Of a stretch of DNA of 63,284 nucleotides, positions 27,717 through 37,335 are shown in pieces (position 1 is the first letter of the stretch; each line of letters begins with the position of its first letter). Position numbers and translations under genes: made by a program. Location of the stretch: NCBI GenBank assembly GCA_020250005.1, contig JADCES010000107.1, forward strand, positions 1-63,284, in the 5' to 3' direction. A model generated the notes under the pieces. That model made no database searches. It saw only the letters and a list, made by a program, of their open reading frames with translations, and had not been told where the DNA came from. The stretch is from Roseomonas sp. (GTDB taxonomy: Bacteria > Pseudomonadota > Alphaproteobacteria > Acetobacterales > Acetobacteraceae).

Positions 27717-28376
27717 ATGCTGATCCTCGCCCTTGAAGGCGCGCTTGCGCAATGTTCCGCCGCAGTTTTGCGTGATGGTGCCGTGCTGGCCGCGGCGCTG
27801 CATGAGGCACCGCGCGGCCACCCCGCTGCGCTGCCCAGCATGGCGCTGCAGGTCTTGGCGGAAGCCGGGGTCGTGCCTGAGGCGCTGGACGCCATTGCTG
27901 TTGGCATTGGGCCAGGCGGCTTCACTGGTTTGCGTACCGCCATGGCGCTGGCCGAAGGCTTGGCACAGGCGCTGGACAAACCCCTGATCGCTGCAACAAC
28001 GGGGGAGGCCTTGGCCGCGCAAGTGCCGCAAGCCTTGCGGGCAGATCAAGCGCTTTGGTGCGTGCTGGATCAACGCCAAGGCCGCGTGGTGCTGGAAATC
28101 TTCCCGCCCGGTGCCGCATTGCCTGAAGCACCCGTGATCCTGCCGCTGACCGACCTGCCCAATCCAGACGGACCCGTCTTGCTTGTGGGTAATGCGGCGC
28201 CGGCGGCGGCAGAGATGCTTCGGGCGCGCGGGGTTGTGGCGGATGCTTACCCAAAGGCCATCCCCTCGGCCGCGGCGGTGGGGCGCGTGGCCGGGGAAAG
28301 GCTTGCGGGCAAACTGCCCCCGCGCAGTACGGCCCCGCTTTACGCCGAACCGCCCGCCACCACGCGGCCGGATTAG
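27717..28376 (+). CDS. tsaB: tRNA threonylcarbamoyladenosine biosynthesis protein TsaB
   Basis: AIAVGIGPGGFTGLR motif; C-terminal PLY. Confidence 0.9.
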   Translation: MLILALEGALAQCSAAVLRDGAVLAAALHEAPRGHPAALPSMALQVLAEAGVVPEALDAIAVGIGPGGFTGLRTAMALAEGLAQALDKPLIAATTGEALAAQVPQALRADQALWCVLDQRQGRVVLEIFPPGAALPEAPVILPLTDLPNPDGPVLLVGNAAPAAAEMLRARGVVADAYPKAIPSAAAVGRVAGERLAGKLPPRSTAPLYAEPPATTRPD

Positions 28377-28425
28377 TGGTGCGATTCATGCTAAATTGTG
28401 TTGATCCAAAACTGCCCCCGCGCCG
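28373..28425 (+). repeat. Family B element, single-arm (half) copy
   Basis: TTAGTGGTGCGATTCATGCT...GCCCCCGCGC matches the first arm of 45535-45657; begins at the tsaB TAG stop. Confidence 0.7.
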
Positions 28426-28428
28426 CCC

Positions 28429-28890
28429 ATGACGGCGCTGATAAAATCCGTCGGCGCGGAGGTGGCGCCCCTGCTTGCGGAAATGCACGCTGAGGCCTTC
28501 ATATTTGATGAGGCTTGGGAACAAAAGGCTCTCGCCCTCATGCTCGGGCTGCCCGGACATTTCGGCCTGCTGGCCATCAGGGGGGATCAGCCGCTTGGCT
28601 TCGCAATCGGCCGGGCGCAGGCGGGGGAGGCTGAAATCCTGACCATCGCGGTCCGGCCAGGGGAGCGGCGGCGAGGAATTGGGCGCCTTCTGTTACGCGC
28701 ACTGATGGCTGAGGCCGCGCGGCGTGGCGCGGCGGAACTCTTCCTGGAGGTTGCAGAACCGAACGCAATTGCACGTGCGCTCTACATGTCCGTTGCTGCG
28801 CAGAAGGTTGGCCGCCGACCGCGTTACTATGCCGATGGTACGGCCGCGCTCATTTTGCGCATTGACCTGACCAGTACTGCAGAAAAATGA
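28429..28890 (+). CDS. rimI: RimI-like GNAT acetyltransferase
   Basis: EAEILTIAV, RRRGIG, LFLEV..N..A..LY and RPRYY motifs; follows tsaB. Confidence 0.82.
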   Translation: MTALIKSVGAEVAPLLAEMHAEAFIFDEAWEQKALALMLGLPGHFGLLAIRGDQPLGFAIGRAQAGEAEILTIAVRPGERRRGIGRLLLRALMAEAARRGAAELFLEVAEPNAIARALYMSVAAQKVGRRPRYYADGTAALILRIDLTSTAEK

Positions 28891-28918
28891 ATCCTACCGC
28901 GACGCGTCGGAAGAAACA

Positions 28919-29185
28919 TCAGCCGCGGCGGAGCAGCATAATGGATTCTCCATTTTCCAAATCGCTGATGCTGATCACCTCATGCCCCTGTTCCTGAGCT
29001 GTCAGCGGTATGTTCTGACGTGGTTCCGCCCCACGCAGCCTGATCTCCAAAATCTCTCCGGATTTCATTTGGTCCAGCGCCAAACGCACAAGAACAAAAG
29101 TCATCGGGCAGGTTTCCGATGAAATATCAATATGATGATCCGGATTTGGAATGGTGGCGCACATAGCAATGGTTGCGATTTTCAT
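28919..29185 (-). CDS. tusA: TusA/SirA family sulfur carrier
   Basis: IDISSETCPMTF and GEILEI..GAEP..NIP motifs; start uncertain (29185 or 29164). Confidence 0.8.
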   Translation of the reverse strand: MKIATIAMCATIPNPDHHIDISSETCPMTFVLVRLALDQMKSGEILEIRLRGAEPRQNIPLTAQEQGHEVISISDLENGESIMLLRRG

Positions 29186-29309
29186 CAACAATTCTTCCTT
29201 TCGGATATACTGGCCAATCCAGCATTCTAAAGAGGAATTCACATTTTGATACTTGCTTTTTTTGGCGAAGGAAACTAAGAAAATTGAAATTCGTCTTAGG
29301 AAAGTAAAT

Positions 29310-29735
29310 ATGTCTGAAAGTAGAATCGCCTCTGATATCCTGGCGCTGACGGCGCAGATCGTATCGGCGCATGTCGCGCATAATGCCGTTGCGGCTTCCG
29401 CCTTGCCGGGCCTGATCCAGGAAGTGCACCGTACCTTATCTTCCATTGAATCCTCTCCGTCACCGGCATCGCAACGCCCCGAACCGGCGGTGCCAATCGC
29501 CAAATCCGTGACGCCTGATTTCATCATCTGCCTGGAAGACGGCAAGAAGATGAAGATGCTGAAGCGGCACCTGAAAACCTCCTTCAAAATGACACCGGAA
29601 CAATATCGCGAACGCTGGGGTCTGCCGCAGGATTACCCCATGGTGGCGCCGCGTTACGCCAAGCAGCGTTCGTCCTTGGCAAAAAAAATCGGCCTTGGCA
29701 CCAAGCCACGCAAACGCCGGGGCGCGGCGGCTTGA
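29310..29735 (+). CDS. mucR: MucR/Ros family transcriptional regulator
   Basis: LTAQIVSAHV, ICLEDGKKMKMLKRHL and WGLPQDYPMVAP motifs. Confidence 0.95.
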   Translation: MSESRIASDILALTAQIVSAHVAHNAVAASALPGLIQEVHRTLSSIESSPSPASQRPEPAVPIAKSVTPDFIICLEDGKKMKMLKRHLKTSFKMTPEQYRERWGLPQDYPMVAPRYAKQRSSLAKKIGLGTKPRKRRGAAA

Positions 29736-29836
29736 CCCCCTGATTTGGCGATCAGGCAAACTATTCTATAAAAGCGTTTGCGGTTTGTGACCCTGGGGCT
29801 TTCCCGGAAAGGGGCCGCCCTGGAACGGGATTGCTG

Positions 29837-30661
29837 ATGCCACTTAAGCAGGACGAAGTTGCCCCCCCCGAAACGGGCTTTGAGGAATTGCGCGCCGGCA
29901 ATCTCGGCGTGCGCCTGGCCGTGACCGCAGCCGAAATTGATGCGGTGCAGGCGCTGCGGTATCGCGTTTTCTATCAGGAAATGGGCGCCCGCGCCGATGC
30001 CGCGACCACCCTGAGCCATCGTGACCGCGATGATTTTGATGCCATCGCCGATCATTTGCTGGTGGTGGATCATGATCGGGGCGAAGGCCCGCAATCGGTT
30101 GTCGGCACTTATCGCCTGATTAGGCGCAAAGGTGCGGAAAAGCTAGGCCGCTGGTACTCCGAAGGCGAATATGACGTCTCTCGCCTGGTGGCCTATCCCG
30201 CGCCGGTGCTGGAATTGGGCCGGTCCTGCGTGGATGCCGCCTATCGCAGCCGCGGTACGCTGCAATTATTGTGGGATGGTATCGCGGCCTATGTCTTCCG
30301 CCATGATATTGCGCTCATGTTTGGCTGTGCATCGCTGCCTGGCACGGATTTGGATGCGCTGGCCGATCAGTTGACCTATCTGCACGCCTTCCATCTGGCA
30401 CCAGAAGAATTGCGCCCGCGCGCGCTACCGGAACGCTTTGTGGAAATGCGCCGCAAGGGTCCCGAAACCATTGACAAGCGTGCCACGCTTGCGGCCTTGC
30501 CGCCCTTGGTGAAGGGATATCTGCGCCTTGGTGGCTTTGTCGGTGATGGCGCGGTTTTGGATGAGCAATTCAACACCACCGATGTCTCAGTCGTGGTAAA
30601 GACCGATCTGGTCACCCAGAAATACCGCAAGCATTACGAACGCAAGCATGCTGATCGGTAG
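29837..30661 (+). CDS. olsB: GNAT family N-acyltransferase (ornithine-lipid OlsB-like)
   Basis: QALRYRVFYQEMG, DRDDFD, LELGRSCV and LPPLVKGYLRLG motifs. Confidence 0.82.
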   Translation: MPLKQDEVAPPETGFEELRAGNLGVRLAVTAAEIDAVQALRYRVFYQEMGARADAATTLSHRDRDDFDAIADHLLVVDHDRGEGPQSVVGTYRLIRRKGAEKLGRWYSEGEYDVSRLVAYPAPVLELGRSCVDAAYRSRGTLQLLWDGIAAYVFRHDIALMFGCASLPGTDLDALADQLTYLHAFHLAPEELRPRALPERFVEMRRKGPETIDKRATLAALPPLVKGYLRLGGFVGDGAVLDEQFNTTDVSVVVKTDLVTQKYRKHYERKHADR

Positions 30662-30666
30662 GAATA

Positions 30667-30694
30667 TGGCGTGATCCGCCAAAGGATCACGCCA
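30667..30694. repeat. REP-like palindrome copy 2 (TGGCGTGATCC-N6-GGATCACGCCA)
   Basis: Arms identical to 2525-2554 with a different loop; between convergent olsB and flgH. Confidence 0.75.
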
Positions 30695-30703
30695 ATCACA
30701 GCA

Positions 30704-31438
30704 TCAGAATGGCAGCAGGATATCCATCAATTCCTGCCCATAGCGCGGGCGCTGCACATCGCTGATCGTGCCCCGCCCACCATAGGCAATGCGCGCTTCC
30801 GCAAGCCGATCGTGCCGCACGGTATTGTCTGAGCCGATATCCTGCGGGCGAATAATGCCGCCCACCTGCAAATCGCGTAATTCCTGATTGACGCGCACCT
30901 GCTGGCGCCCAACCACTACCAGATTACCATTGGGCAGCACCTGGGAAACTGTCGCCGCGACACGCAGATTGATCTGTTCTGAACGCTTGAGCGTCCCCGC
31001 ACCCGTCACATCGCTGGCGGAACTCGCGGATACTGCCTTGGAAGGATCAAAGCCTGAGGGGAAAAGCCGGCCAAAGGATGACTCAAGGCCAAGCAGATTG
31101 GGAATCCCCATGCTTTCGCTATTGTCGCGATTGCGCTTGGTGGAATTTTCCATATCGGCCTCATCCTGGATTGACACCAGAACGGTCACGAGATCACCAA
31201 CCGCTGCAGCGCGCTGGTCGCGCAGGAAGGTCCGGCTCCCCTGGCGCCAGAGGCTGTTATTCTGCAAGGGCGGATCGCCTGGATTTGGCATCGGCATGGT
31301 CACCGGGCGCCAGCGCGGATCGGAAGTGGGGTTTTCGATCCCGGCCAATTCCGGGCCCTGACCAAGGCGCGAAAGTCGCTCAGCAGTGCTGCATGCAGAA
31401 AGGCCAACCGCCGCAAGCAAAAGAATGGGCAGACGCAT
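30704..31438 (-). CDS. flgH: Flagellar L-ring protein
   Basis: Lipobox LSAC; DQRA..VGDLVTV, VLPNGNL and ARIAYGGRG motifs. Confidence 0.96.
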   Translation of the reverse strand: MRLPILLLAAVGLSACSTAERLSRLGQGPELAGIENPTSDPRWRPVTMPMPNPGDPPLQNNSLWRQGSRTFLRDQRAAAVGDLVTVLVSIQDEADMENSTKRNRDNSESMGIPNLLGLESSFGRLFPSGFDPSKAVSASSASDVTGAGTLKRSEQINLRVAATVSQVLPNGNLVVVGRQQVRVNQELRDLQVGGIIRPQDIGSDNTVRHDRLAEARIAYGGRGTISDVQRPRYGQELMDILLPF

Positions 31439-31440
31439 CT

Positions 31441-32397
31441 TCAACTCCTTTCCGCCGTACGCATCGGGCCGGCGCCAAGGCGCACTTGCACGCGGCCAGG
31501 TCCAATCGCCTCGGCCTCCACCACATTGCGGGAGGCGAGATTCATCACACTGAGCCGCCCGCCACGCGAAGCTGGCTCCAGGGCGCGGCCCTGCGTGGTC
31601 AGGGAAAGCCCGGGGCCTTCCACAACCATCATCACGATCTCATTCTTCGCGATGATATGCGGCACCATCAGATCCGCCCCCATGAAGGGCAAATCCGTAC
31701 CGATGGGGCGACGCAACGCCATCCCCACCACATCTTCCAACCGCTGTGCCGTGCCCGGGCGCACGCGTTCAGCGCGCAGCTGCACCAGCCTGACATCTTC
31801 GGGCTTCACAACCTCACCAACTGCAAGCCGCCGCGTGGAAACAACAGCCGGCGCCGTCGCGATAGCCCGCCCCGCGACCCGCATGCGAATGCTCGGCATG
31901 CCATCGGCCATGACAATCAGGGTGGCCGCAAAGCGGTTGGAAGCAGTTTCGTAGCTGCCACCCTCGGCTGAAAGTCGCGGTATGGCGTTCAACGGCAGGA
32001 TGGGCGGGGTGAAGGCCGCAAGTTCAAGCTCGGCATCAACAGGCAGGCCAAGGCCCAGAAGCTCTGTGCGCAGCACCTCAACCGCCGCATCGCGCGGCAA
32101 GGCACGGCCTGGGCGTTCAATCACGCTTCGCTCCGCGCCTGAAGTCGGGCGCCAATCAACATTGAAGCGGCGCGCAATGCCGGCAAGCTGCGATGCTTCA
32201 ATGACAAAGCGCTGACCCGGATTGGGCGCAGCACCCACCACCACATCGCCCCGCGCCGTACCTTCAAAGATATCGGAAACGCGGATGACCTGATCCTCAA
32301 CAAGGCTGTGGGAGCGGACCACCACCGCCTGCGCGCGCGCCTTGCCGGGCAGCGCCAGCAGCCCAGCAGGCAGAAGAAGGAAGAACCGCCTATCCAT
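31441..32397 (-). CDS. flgA: Flagellar P-ring formation chaperone
   Basis: SAF-like C-terminus (GRALE...VMNLAS); lies between flgG and flgH. Confidence 0.9.
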   Translation of the reverse strand: MDRRFFLLLPAGLLALPGKARAQAVVVRSHSLVEDQVIRVSDIFEGTARGDVVVGAAPNPGQRFVIEASQLAGIARRFNVDWRPTSGAERSVIERPGRALPRDAAVEVLRTELLGLGLPVDAELELAAFTPPILPLNAIPRLSAEGGSYETASNRFAATLIVMADGMPSIRMRVAGRAIATAPAVVSTRRLAVGEVVKPEDVRLVQLRAERVRPGTAQRLEDVVGMALRRPIGTDLPFMGADLMVPHIIAKNEIVMMVVEGPGLSLTTQGRALEPASRGGRLSVMNLASRNVVEAEAIGPGRVQVRLGAGPMRTAERS

Positions 32398-33182
32398 CAG
32401 CGTAGCCTTGTAAGGGTGGAGAGCATTTCATCGCTCGCCGAAATGACGCGTGAATTCATCTCATAGGCGCGCTGGGCCGTGATCAGTGCCGTGATTTCCT
32501 GCACCACATTGACGTTGGAGGTTTCAATGAAGCCCTGAAGCACCTGCCCATAGCCGGCCTGGCCAGGGGCGGCCTGCTGCGCATCGCCTGATCCGGGTGT
32601 GGCCAGGAACAGGTTTTCGCCAATCGCTTCCAAGCCCCCTTCATTGGCAAAGATCGCAAGCTGGATCTGGCCCACATTCTGCGGCTGAATCTGCCCGTCA
32701 ATCTTGGCCAGCACTTCACCGGTGGCATTGATGGTGACATCACGCGCCGCCGGCGGGATGGTAATGGCAGGCTGCACCGTAAAGCCTTCGGCGGTTACAA
32801 TGGTGCCTTCAGCCGAAAGCCCAAAGGTGCCATCGCGCGTATAGGCAGTTTCGCCGGACGGCAGTAGTATCTGGAAATAGCCATTGCCGCGGATTGCGAT
32901 ATCGAAGCGGTTTTCCGTCTGCTGCAGATTGCCCTGTTCGCTGATACGATAAATTGCCGCCGTACGCACACCAAGGCCAAGCTGCGCGCCGGAAGGCAGC
33001 AGCGTGCCCGTATCGGCGCTTTGCGATCCGGTGCGGCGCAAATTCTGATAAATCAGATCCTGGAATTCGGCCCGGCGCCGCTTGAAGCCGGTGGTCGAGA
33101 TATTGGCGATATTGTTCGAAATGACTTCGATATTGGTCTGCTGGGCCTGCATGCCCGTGGCGGCGATTTGCAAGGAACGCAT
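32397..33182 (-). CDS. flgG: Flagellar distal rod protein
   Basis: SNNIANISTTGFK, EFQDLIYQ and ITAQRAYEMNS motifs. Confidence 0.96.
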   Translation of the reverse strand: MRSLQIAATGMQAQQTNIEVISNNIANISTTGFKRRRAEFQDLIYQNLRRTGSQSADTGTLLPSGAQLGLGVRTAAIYRISEQGNLQQTENRFDIAIRGNGYFQILLPSGETAYTRDGTFGLSAEGTIVTAEGFTVQPAITIPPAARDVTINATGEVLAKIDGQIQPQNVGQIQLAIFANEGGLEAIGENLFLATPGSGDAQQAAPGQAGYGQVLQGFIETSNVNVVQEITALITAQRAYEMNSRVISASDEMLSTLTRLR

Positions 33183-33204
33183 GGTGGCTTTATCCTAATC
33201 CAGA

Positions 33205-33951
33205 TTATGAAGACCGGCGGCGCATGATGCGCTCTACCGCATTGGTGATGCGTTCGCCCTCACGTTCGGTGAACATGCTGGCGTATTGGAATTCGCGCAT
33301 TTCTGCGGTCAGGCGCGTCATTTCCAGGATGGGCGAGACATTGCTGCCTTCAAGCGCGCCTTGCACCACCTTGGGGCGTTCAACCCGGACCGGCGCCTCA
33401 TTCTTGGCGTCGAACAGCCGATTGCCCTCGGCCATCAGGTTTTGTGGATTTTCGAAGCGCACCAATTGCAGCGTGGCGATGGGGCCATTCTCGCTCTGGA
33501 TCACGCCGCCCTTGGTGATCTCAATCTGCGTATCCTGGGCCGAAAAGGCGATAGGCCTGCCGCGTGAATCCAGCACCGAATTGCCTTCCTGATCCACCAG
33601 CCGGCCATTAGCCGCGATGGAGAAGCGCCCGGCACGCGTATAGCGCTCACCCTTTGGGGTTTCGACTACGAAGAAGCCTTCGCCATCAATGGCCAAATCC
33701 AGCTTGTTGCCGGTGGTCTGAAGGCTGCCCGGGGCCATGTCGCGCCAAGTCGCGCGGTCCTGCGGGAAGGACATGGAGGAATCCCCCGGCATCCCGCCCG
33801 CGCCACGCAAACTGACCATCACCTGACCGAAAACCGGTCGCATGGCCCGAAAGCCCGGGGTATCCGCATTGGCAATATTATGCGCCAGGGCCTGGGTGGC
33901 CCGTTCCTGGAGCGACAGGCGCGACAGCAGGATATAGCCGGGCGAATCCAT
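33205..33951 (-). CDS. flgF: Flagellar proximal rod protein
   Basis: HNIANADTPGF, YTRAGRF and LEGSNV motifs. Confidence 0.92.
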   Translation of the reverse strand: MDSPGYILLSRLSLQERATQALAHNIANADTPGFRAMRPVFGQVMVSLRGAGGMPGDSSMSFPQDRATWRDMAPGSLQTTGNKLDLAIDGEGFFVVETPKGERYTRAGRFSIAANGRLVDQEGNSVLDSRGRPIAFSAQDTQIEITKGGVIQSENGPIATLQLVRFENPQNLMAEGNRLFDAKNEAPVRVERPKVVQGALEGSNVSPILEMTRLTAEMREFQYASMFTEREGERITNAVERIMRRRSS

Positions 33952-34040
33952 AAAAACTCCCTCAATTGGGGTCCAGCGCCATGAACCCTTGCCGTAAGAA
34001 CCAAGGAACCGACACGAGGGTCGGCTCGTAAAAAGCGTGG

Positions 34041-34056
34041 TGCAACCGGCGTGCCA
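34041..34056 (-). promoter_or_regulatory. Sigma54 -24/-12 promoter for flgFGAH
   Basis: Minus strand TGGCACGCCGGTTGCA matches TGGCAC-N5-TTGC. Confidence 0.85.
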
Positions 34057-34077
34057 TCCCTTATAGTGTGGATTCAG

Positions 34078-34124
34078 GGCAGAACTTGCCGGTCAAAACC
34101 TTTTTGGCCCGGCAAGCCCTGCCG
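34078..34124. promoter_or_regulatory. Two ftr-like (putative FlbD) sites
   Basis: GGCA-GAACT-TGCC (34078-34090) and CGGCA-AGCCC-TGCCG (34110-34124), centres 33 bp apart, upstream of the sigma54 site. Confidence 0.7.
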
Positions 34125-34175
34125 CAAGGCTTCCTTAATCGGAGCCTGTCACAATGCGTCGCGAAGGAGACATGG

Positions 34176-34703
34176 ATGTCAGGGCAAATTGAGGCCAGTG
34201 AGGAAGTGCAGGAAGGCAAGAAGGGCGGGGGGCGCAAGAAGCTTCTGCTCCTTGCTGCGCCTGTACTACTGGTCGCGATCGGGGCCGGACTCTGGTTCGG
34301 CGGCATTCTGCCACCGCTACTTGGTATGGGTGCCCCCGCCGCTTCGGCCGGAAATGGGGAACCTGGGCCGCGCGTCGTGACTTTCCTGGAAATGCCAGAG
34401 ATTGTGACCAATCTGAACGCGCCGGGTCGTCGCGCCGTTTTCGTCAAGCTCCGCAGCAAGCTTGAATTGGCCCGGCCCGAGGATGGCGCGGTCGTTCAGG
34501 CCGCCATGCCGCGCTTGTTGGATCTGTTCCAGACTTACCTTAGGGAAGTTCGGCCCGAAGAATTGCGCGGCTCCGCCGGCACGCAGCGCCTGCGCGAAGA
34601 ATTGGTTGCCCGCGCCAATATCGCGGTGGCCCAGGCCGGCCGCGGTGACGCCCAGCAGATCCGCGTCAATGATGTGCTCTTCATGGAGATTCTGGTCCAA
34701 TGA
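34176..34703 (+). CDS. fliL: Flagellar basal body-associated protein
   Basis: N-terminal TM; IVTNLN and PEELRGSAG motifs; precedes fliM. Confidence 0.93.
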   Translation: MSGQIEASEEVQEGKKGGGRKKLLLLAAPVLLVAIGAGLWFGGILPPLLGMGAPAASAGNGEPGPRVVTFLEMPEIVTNLNAPGRRAVFVKLRSKLELARPEDGAVVQAAMPRLLDLFQTYLREVRPEELRGSAGTQRLREELVARANIAVAQAGRGDAQQIRVNDVLFMEILVQ

Positions 34704-35776
34704 GCGGCACGGGCGAAGAAGAAGATCTTGCCGCGGCCTGGGGCGCCGCGCTTGAGGAAGAAGGCGCAACCGAGGGGCAGGCTGCTCCGGCGGTCGCGGC
34801 AGATGCGGCGCGGGTTCTGAACCAGGCTGAAATTGACAGTCTTTTGGGCTTCGGTGTCGGCCCCGCGCGCGAGGCCGAGGAAAGCGGCATTCAAAGAATC
34901 ATTTCCTCCGGGCTGATTTCCTATGAACGCCTGCCGATGCTGGAGATTGTGTTTGACCGCCTGGTCAGGCTCATGTCCACGACGCTCCGCAATTTCACCT
35001 CGGACAATGTGGATGTCTCCATCGACGGCATTGTTTCGCTCCGTTTTGGGGATTACCTGAATTCGGTCCCGCTGCCGGCCATGCTGGGCGTTACGCGGGC
35101 TGATGAATGGGACAATTACGGCCTGGCGGTGGTGGATTCCGCGCTGATCTATTCGGTGGTGGATGTGCTTTTGGGTGGGCGGCGCGGTACGGCCGCAATG
35201 CGCATTGAAGGCCGCCCCTATACCACCATTGAACGCACCCTGGTGGAGCGGCTGGTCAATGTGGTGCTGGATGACCTGACGGCGGCCTTTGAACCGCTCT
35301 GCCCGGTGCATTTCCGCTTTGAACGGCTTGAGGTGAACCCACGCTTTGCCGTGATCAGTCGGCCATCCAATGCCTGCGTGCTGGTGCGCCTGCGCGTTGA
35401 TATGGAAGATCGTGGCGGCAAGCTTGAGATCCTGCTGCCCTACGCCACCTTGGAACCCGTCCGCGAATTACTGCTGCAGCAATTCATGGGCGAGAAATTC
35501 GGCCGGGACAGTATCTGGGAAACCCATTTGGCCGAAGAACTGCGCCATACCGATATCGGGCTGGATGTGGTGCTGGATGAGCAGATGCTGCCGCTATCCA
35601 CGGTCCTGAACCTGAAAGTGGGCGATCGGATCACTTTGGGCGTTCCCCCCGGGGCGCCGGTCAGGCTGCGCTGCGGGGAAGTGCCTCTTTTTGAAGGGGA
35701 AATGGGTCGCAAGGGCCAGCGCCTGGCGGTCAGGATTGATCGAGAGATTGAACGTCGCAAGGGGGCTTCATCATGA
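34700..35776 (+). CDS. fliM: Flagellar motor switch protein
   Basis: LNQAEIDSLL, YERLPMLE and EGRPYTTIE motifs. Confidence 0.96.
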   Translation: MSGTGEEEDLAAAWGAALEEEGATEGQAAPAVAADAARVLNQAEIDSLLGFGVGPAREAEESGIQRIISSGLISYERLPMLEIVFDRLVRLMSTTLRNFTSDNVDVSIDGIVSLRFGDYLNSVPLPAMLGVTRADEWDNYGLAVVDSALIYSVVDVLLGGRRGTAAMRIEGRPYTTIERTLVERLVNVVLDDLTAAFEPLCPVHFRFERLEVNPRFAVISRPSNACVLVRLRVDMEDRGGKLEILLPYATLEPVRELLLQQFMGEKFGRDSIWETHLAEELRHTDIGLDVVLDEQMLPLSTVLNLKVGDRITLGVPPGAPVRLRCGEVPLFEGEMGRKGQRLAVRIDREIERRKGASS

Positions 35777-36258
35777 TGTCTCTCTCCTGGCTTGAATGGG
35801 GCCTGCAATTGGCGGTGCTCTTGCTGCTTGGCACCGCCATTCCCTTCGCCATCCGGCTTGAGCGTGCCTTGCGTGAAATCCGCAAGGATCGCGCTGCCAT
35901 GGAAACCAGCGCCCAGGGACTTTCGGAAGCGGCGGGGGCAGCGGAATCGGCCATTCTGCGCCTGCGCGCGACCGCTGAACTGGCCGGGCGCCAAGTGCAG
36001 GAACGTGTGACCACGGCTGAGCCGCTCCGCGATGATTTGCGCTTCCTGATCGAACGCGCCGAATCACTGGCGGATCGGCTGGAAGCCCTGGTGCGCATGG
36101 GCCGCCCCATGGCGAGCCATGAGGCGCCGCTGGCCCCTGACCCTGCCCCGACGCGCCCTTTGCGGGAGCCGCCAAGCGATGCCGGCCCGCTTCGCAGCCA
36201 AGCGGAACGCGATTTGCTCCGCGCCCTTTCCATCGGTACCGGAAAGGGGGCTCGCTGA
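35773..36258 (+). CDS. Membrane-anchored coiled-coil hypothetical protein (DUF6468-like)
   Basis: N-terminal TM, heptads, C-terminal RSQAERDLLRAL; overlaps both fliM and motE. Confidence 0.75.
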   Translation: MMSLSWLEWGLQLAVLLLLGTAIPFAIRLERALREIRKDRAAMETSAQGLSEAAGAAESAILRLRATAELAGRQVQERVTTAEPLRDDLRFLIERAESLADRLEALVRMGRPMASHEAPLAPDPAPTRPLREPPSDAGPLRSQAERDLLRALSIGTGKGAR

Positions 36259-36920
36259 TGTTCAAACCGCGCCTTTTACCCTTGGCGATCATCGCCATGG
36301 GTGGCTTATTCCTTGTAAAGTCTGAAAATGTCGTTCGCCCGTTGCTGCGCGGCGAACCCGCGCCCGCGCCAGCCATGGCACCGGCGAGGGCGGCAGAAAT
36401 TGCCCCCCCGCTCGCCGTCGCACCGGAACCGACACGCCCGACCGGCGGCTTTCAGCGCCTTGGTGTCAGACCGGAAGGCGGGCTGGCCGAAGCGCCCACC
36501 CCCATCACCCAGGCCGAGCGCGCCCTGCTTGAGCAGCTTCGCGCGCGGCGGGCCGAGCTTGAGGCGCGGGAACAGACCATCGCTTCCCGCGAATTGGTCC
36601 TTGCGGCGGCCGAGCGCCGCCTGGGGCAACGCATCGAAGAATTGACGCAGCTTCAGCAACGCCTTGAGGGCATGGAGCGCACCCGTAATGAGCGTGAGGA
36701 GGCCGGCTGGCGCGGCCTGGTTCGCACCTATGAAAACATGCGTCCGCGCGAAGCGGCCGCAATTTTCGAGGAATTGGAATTGCCCGTGGTGATCCAGATC
36801 CTGGACCGCATGGGTGAGCGGAAAATGGCACCGGTAATCGGTGCGATGCGGCCTGAAAAGGCCCGGGTTCTTACCGCCGAATTGGCGCGACACCGGGCCA
36901 ATCGGCCGGGAAGCGAGTAG
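36258..36920 (+). CDS. motE: MotE family protein (MgtE_N-like C-terminus)
   Basis: Coiled coil followed by [17 protein letters not shown]...[11 protein letters not shown]. Confidence 0.8.
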   Translation: MFKPRLLPLAIIAMGGLFLVKSENVVRPLLRGEPAPAPAMAPARAAEIAPPLAVAPEPTRPTGGFQRLGVRPEGGLAEAPTPITQAERALLEQLRARRAELEAREQTIASRELVLAAAERRLGQRIEELTQLQQRLEGMERTRNEREEAGWRGLVRTYENMRPREAAAIFEELELPVVIQILDRMGERKMAPVIGAMRPEKARVLTAELARHRANRPGSE

Positions 36921-36954
36921 GCCGAATGATCCGGTCGGCAAACGGTGGAGAACC

Positions 36955-37335
36955 ATGGATAAGAACATCAATGTCCTGATTGTGGACGACTATCGGACGA
37001 TGCTGCGCATCATCCGCAACCTTCTTAAGCAGCTTGAATTCAACAATGTTGATGAAGCTGTGGATGGGCAGGAAGCCTTGGCCAAGTTGCGCGCGGGCAA
37101 TTTTGGGCTCGTGATCAGCGATTGGAACATGGCGCCCATGACCGGGCTTGACCTGCTCAAGGAAGTGCGGGCTGATCAGCGTCTGAAGAATCTGCCCTTC
37201 ATCATGATCACTGCCGAAAGCAAGACCGAAAATGTCGTCGCCGCCAAGCAAGCGGGAGTGTCGAATTACATCGTGAAGCCCTTCAACGCTGAAACGCTGC
37301 GCGAAAAGATCGAAAAGGTGCTGGTCCATGCCTGA
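36955..37335 (+). CDS. cheY: Chemotaxis response regulator
   Basis: LIVDD, SDWNM, MITAE and YIVKPF motifs. Confidence 0.95.
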   Translation: MDKNINVLIVDDYRTMLRIIRNLLKQLEFNNVDEAVDGQEALAKLRAGNFGLVISDWNMAPMTGLDLLKEVRADQRLKNLPFIMITAESKTENVVAAKQAGVSNYIVKPFNAETLREKIEKVLVHA

